DNA of 64,000 nt from the human T2T-CHM13v2.0 reference genome, Homo sapiens. Made by a program: the position numbers and the translations under genes. Location of the stretch: assembly GCF_009914755.1 (NCBI RefSeq), contig NC_060926.1; one strand, 5' to 3'. Every line of letters starts with the position of its first letter. Position 1 is the first letter of the stretch. The notes under the pieces were generated by a model. The model was not told where the DNA came from, made no database searches, and saw only the letters and a list, made by a program, of their open reading frames with translations. Shown here piece after piece: positions 59,325 to 64,000 of this stretch.

Positions 59325-59401
59325 TTAGGTTGAACTATATGAAATTTCGTTTTTACTGTGTAAAAATCCTATATAGTGGGATTTCATATGGATCAACTTA
59401 A
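59325..59401. mobile_element. MADE2 mariner-derived MITE
   Basis: TIRs ttaggttgaactatatgaaat / atttcatatggatcaacttaa, about 80 bp. Confidence 0.8.
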
Positions 59402-59445
59402 AATTGCTTAAAAATCACTGAGGGTAGATACATAAAGAATCTCCA

Positions 59446-60588
59446 GTAATGCAATGGCTGGGTCAAATGGTATTTCTAATTTTAGATCCCTGAGGAATCG
59501 CCACACTGACTTCCACAAGGGTTGAAGTAGTTTACTGTCCCACCAACAGTGTAAAAGTGTTCCTATTTCTCCACATCCTCTCCAGCACCTGTTGTTTCCT
59601 GACTTTTTAATGATTGCCATTCTAACTGGTGTCAGATGGTATCTCATTGTGGTTTTGATTTGCATTTCTCTGATGGCCAGTGATGGTGAGCATTTTTTCA
59701 TGTGTCTTTTGGCTACATAAATGTCTTCTTTTGAGAAGTGTCTGTTTATGTCCTTTGCCCACTTTTTGATGGGGTTGTTTGTTTTTTTCTTGTAAATTTG
59801 TTTGAGTTCATTGTAGATTCTGGATATTAGCCCTTTGTCAGATGAGTAGGTTGCGAAAATTTTCTCCCATTTTGTAGGTTGCCTGTTCACTCTGATGGTA
59901 GACCCATTACTGGGTATATACCCAAAGGACTATAAATGATGCTGCTATAAAGACACATGCACACGTATGTTTATCGCGGCACTATTCACAATAGCAAAGA
60001 CTTGGAACCAACCCAAATGTCCAACAATGATAGACTGGATTAAGAAAATGTGGCACATATACACCATGGAATACTATGCAGCCATAAAAAAGATGAGTTC
60101 ATGTCCTTTGTAGGTACATGGATGAAATTGGAAATCATCATTCTCAGTAAACTATCGCAAGAACAAAAAATCAAACACCACATATTCTCACTCATAGGTG
60201 GGAACTGAACAATGAGAACACATGGACACAGGAAGGGGAACATCACACTCTGGGGACTGTTGCGGGGTGGGGGGAGGGGGGAGGGATAGCTTTAGGAGAT
60301 ATACCTAATGCTAAATGACAAGTTAATGGGTGCAGCACACCAACATGGCACATGTATACATATGTAACTAACCTTCACATTGTGCACATGTACCCTAAAA
60401 CTTAAAGTATAATAATAATAAAATAAAACAAACAAACAAAAAAAAGCAACCTATCATACATTAATGATTGAACTTTAAATATAGTAATATGTTTTTCAAG
60501 GAAATAATTACTAGATGGTATTTAAGACAATTCATACATTGTTGTGTTATTTTATTAAAATGATCACATTTTTATAATTTAAAAAAAA
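59446..60588 (+). mobile_element. L1PA3-like insertion with 5' inversion and 3' transduction
   Basis: Inverted ORF2 piece 59446-59901; sense 3' part 59903-60445; non-L1 sequence 60446-60580; second poly-A; TSD aaagaatctcca at 59434-59445 and 60589-60600. Confidence 0.93.
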
Positions 60589-61896
60589 AAAGAATCTCCA
60601 AGGGCTGGTAGTGGAATTCTGCTCTATATAAGTTCAGTGATACTGCACTTGGAGAGTAATAGGGAGCAGTGAGTGGAAGCACTGCCAAGCATATACATCT
60701 TCTTTCTCCACAGTCAGGTGTTTTTGGTTTTTGATGTCTCTATTTTTGGCAAAGCCACCTCTTAACATTTTTTTTTCTGTATCTTGATTTCAGTTTGGTT
60801 TAGTTTACAATCTACATAGTCATTGTGCTTGTGTTTTTTCTGCTTCTTGGTTTTACAGTCTGTTAAGGAATAGAACCTATTGATGTCACAATGTCAGTTA
60901 CCTACTTCTCTGATGTTTCGGTCAGTTATGTTTGCTTGAGTGTTTCAGGACACCTGCTTCCTGATGTTAACATACTTGGCAGCAGACCTTTCTCAAGCTT
61001 ACTCTTATTTCCAATTATTGCTTCTTAATACAGAAAGTATCAGTGGGGTTTATTCACTCACTCTTTCATTCTTTCAATCATTCGTGTATTAGTTCAGTAC
61101 TGACAGTATCAAAAGAATGTTTGCTCTACTTTTATGAGGTTTTTGTCTATAAGATTAGGTAACAATTACAAAACAAATGGAAGCAATACATAATTCCAAG
61201 CTATGATAGTGAAAATGTTCTAACAAATTTAAACCCACTTTTTCAGAGATCGATATTGAAAATGACTCTGTTTTCTTTCAATATGGTCCCAACTTCTGTA
61301 CATGTAGCAAAAAATTTGATGAAATGTTTGGATGATACATTTTTCTAATTACCAGAGTGATTCAGTTTTCCCTATTTTAAATTCCTTTGGTCATTTCAAT
61401 CAGGATTAGGTAGGATGTGATGTTACAGCCTGTGTTTAAATTGACATCCTATGTCAAATTTATTATATATGTCCTTAAGAAATTAGGATTTACTTTGATT
61501 AAAATCTTTCTGTGCCTCAGGAATGAGTAGTATATTTTATGATTTTCTAAGGATAACTTTCTCTGTAATTTAAAAGAACAATAAAGTGTTTATTTCCTTT
61601 TCTTAAAAAAATAAAATTCACTGATTCAGTTAACCTAGAGAAAACAACCATTGTGCATAGTTACTGAGGGAGTATGTTAATAATCACTTTTTAAAACAAT
61701 GTGGAGAATGTCTGCATCAAAGGATTCTGCCATCACCCTAAGTATTTTCTCCCTATCTTATCTTTTTTTCTCCTTTGACTAATAGCTTTAACATTGATTT
61801 AGTTGAATAAAACATTTGACATTTTTAAGGTTCAGTGCACAAAAAATACTATTTACCATTCACAGGGTTAGGATTATTTTGTATTAACCAAAAAAG

Positions 61897-61990
61897 TATG
61901 TATGTACATATGTACGTATCTATTTATCTATTTATCTATCTATTATCTATCTATCATCTATATATCCACATACATACAGACACACACATA
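61897..61990 (+). repeat. Degenerate (TATG)/(TATC)/(CA) microsatellite
   Basis: Directly visible. Confidence 0.85.
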
Positions 61991-63104
61991 ATCATCATTG
62001 ATATTTAGGATATTTGTAGTTTTCTTTGATTAGATATACTCTGTAAACACTTTGCCAGTAGAAATGTACTGTATAATGTGACAGTGATCTATAAAAATGC
62101 ATTTTATTTCATTCAAACTTAAAACTATGCACATAATCTGGTTATCTTCTAAAACAGGTGATATGCTTCTTTAGATTAAGATTTGTCTTCTTGTGCTTTC
62201 GGGAAGGGTTTGAACAATGAGTGATATGTGATTGAATTTATGGTGAAGAGGCAGAAATGCTCTTAAATATTATAAATTCCGTAGATTCATAGTACAACAT
62301 TCTCTTCAGCTGTGCCAAAATTATCCCTGTAGAATGTTTTTATCTAGTAATAGCAGCGATGAGTAGTTGATCTCATGGCAATGTGATACCGCCCCTCATG
62401 GACACCTGCTAAATCACCAGTATCTGTTTTATCTGAAGTCATAGCTTGTGGTGACAATGTTTAAATGCTCATTAAGCACATTAAACATAGCTAAGTTCAA
62501 AGTGAAATTTAGCTGGCCAAAAACTTATTACTCGAGTCTTGTAATATGTTTTGTACAAGTCTTTTTCAACTTGTACAACTATCACTGGGTGTTTATGAAA
62601 AAGTCCAAACAAGTTTTCACTATAGAATGTTTGTGTCTTTGTACCCATCAGACCTATTTGGTGTTTGGCAAACAAAGCAAGCAATCATGATTTTTCTGAC
62701 TTAAAAAAATGCATGATTGAGTGATTTCTTGCTACAAGAATTTAGTGCTTCACTGTGTTACAACCGAACAAAAAGTGAACACTACAGTTGTCCTTGTTAA
62801 TAAACCATACTATTAAGCATATTAATTTTTGCTAAAAGCGTGGTTAAACAAATAATAATACAAGTACATAATTAATGAAAATTATTTTCAGGTTGTTACT
62901 GATATTTAAAAAATAAAAACGTTGTAATTTTAAACAACTTACCAAAGGACAGAAATCTAAATACTAAGTTTGGTATAATGAGTCTTTTAATTTCATCTTT
63001 GTACACCACTATTTTAATGTACTGACATATTTTGTGTGTTGTAATCGCCTTGGTCAGCACAATTTTTAGATAAAGGAAGTGAAATAAATCGAGTTTCTTA
63101 TTAG

Positions 63105-63453
<349 letters not shown>

Positions 63454-64000
63454 CAAAAACAATCATTGTATTTCTAACTGAATCTTTATATTACACAAAG
63501 TCTGAAGTTCCCTAAACTTGGAACTTGGGAATATCAGTGTGGATATACATTTATTACATAATTATCATTTATTTTCATAAATGTAAATACCTTTATATAA
63601 ATCAATGAAAATTTAATATTACATTTCATTTTCTGTCATTATTTCTTTTCATCTTTAATTAACAAAAGTTTCTCAGCCTTTAGTTAATTGCTTTGTTAAT
63701 GATTTTTCAAACAGAATTAGAAGACTTTAATATTTAAAGGAATATTTCCATATTATGAAAAATAATACTTTAAAGAATGTTTCATTTGTAGTTCTTCACA
63801 ATTTGGAGAAGTTGGAGAATGTTCAGTGAAATAGCATATAATTATGCATTTTAATTAAAGTAGCCAATGCTGTGACTTAAAAAATGGAATATTATGCTTC
63901 AGACTTTACTTTTCACCGTAAATAAAACAACCACAGAAATGCCAGACAGAACAGGAACATTATGGTACCTGCAGTACACTCGGGTTACATACACACACCA

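Noticed and set aside
59325-59401. 80-bp hairpin as a novel ncRNA
   Set aside because: Explained by MADE2 terminal inverted repeats.
59408-59890. 160-aa ORF, the longest in the track
   Set aside because: It is the L1 ORF2 C-terminal fragment in the inverted part of a truncated L1; it has no promoter or real start.

Overview
Human intronic DNA (AT-rich, repeat-dense; an AluYb8/9 element marks it as human lineage). The only coding sequence I can support is one 128-nt + strand exon at 13049-13176 encoding DSEFPIDMQPNPNLNVSKESLSPAKFDYKLKNIFRLHELPVS(C). I recognise this from memory as an internal exon of SPAG16 (PF20, an axonemal WD40 protein), so the rest is its flanking introns. Those introns hold Alus, L1s of several ages, L2/MIR, MaLR/ERV LTRs (including a complete THE1C element with TSD), DNA-transposon fossils (MER5, MER30, MER63, Tigger3b, MADE2) and a 3'-truncated 5S rRNA retropseudogene. 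Nearly all ORFs in the track are repeat-derived or chance. I found no evidence of a new multi-gene system. The best signals are retrotransposition and mutation events: an L1PA3-like insertion with both a 5' inversion and a 135-bp 3' transduction, a tailless 5S copy with TSD, a doubly truncated L1 ORF2 fragment, an ancient twin-primed L1MA, three short fold-back palindromes and an unidentified decayed coding-like segment. There is also a testable hypothesis of an LTR-driven short SPAG16 isoform. Family and subfamily calls come from recalled consensus sequences, not from a database search.
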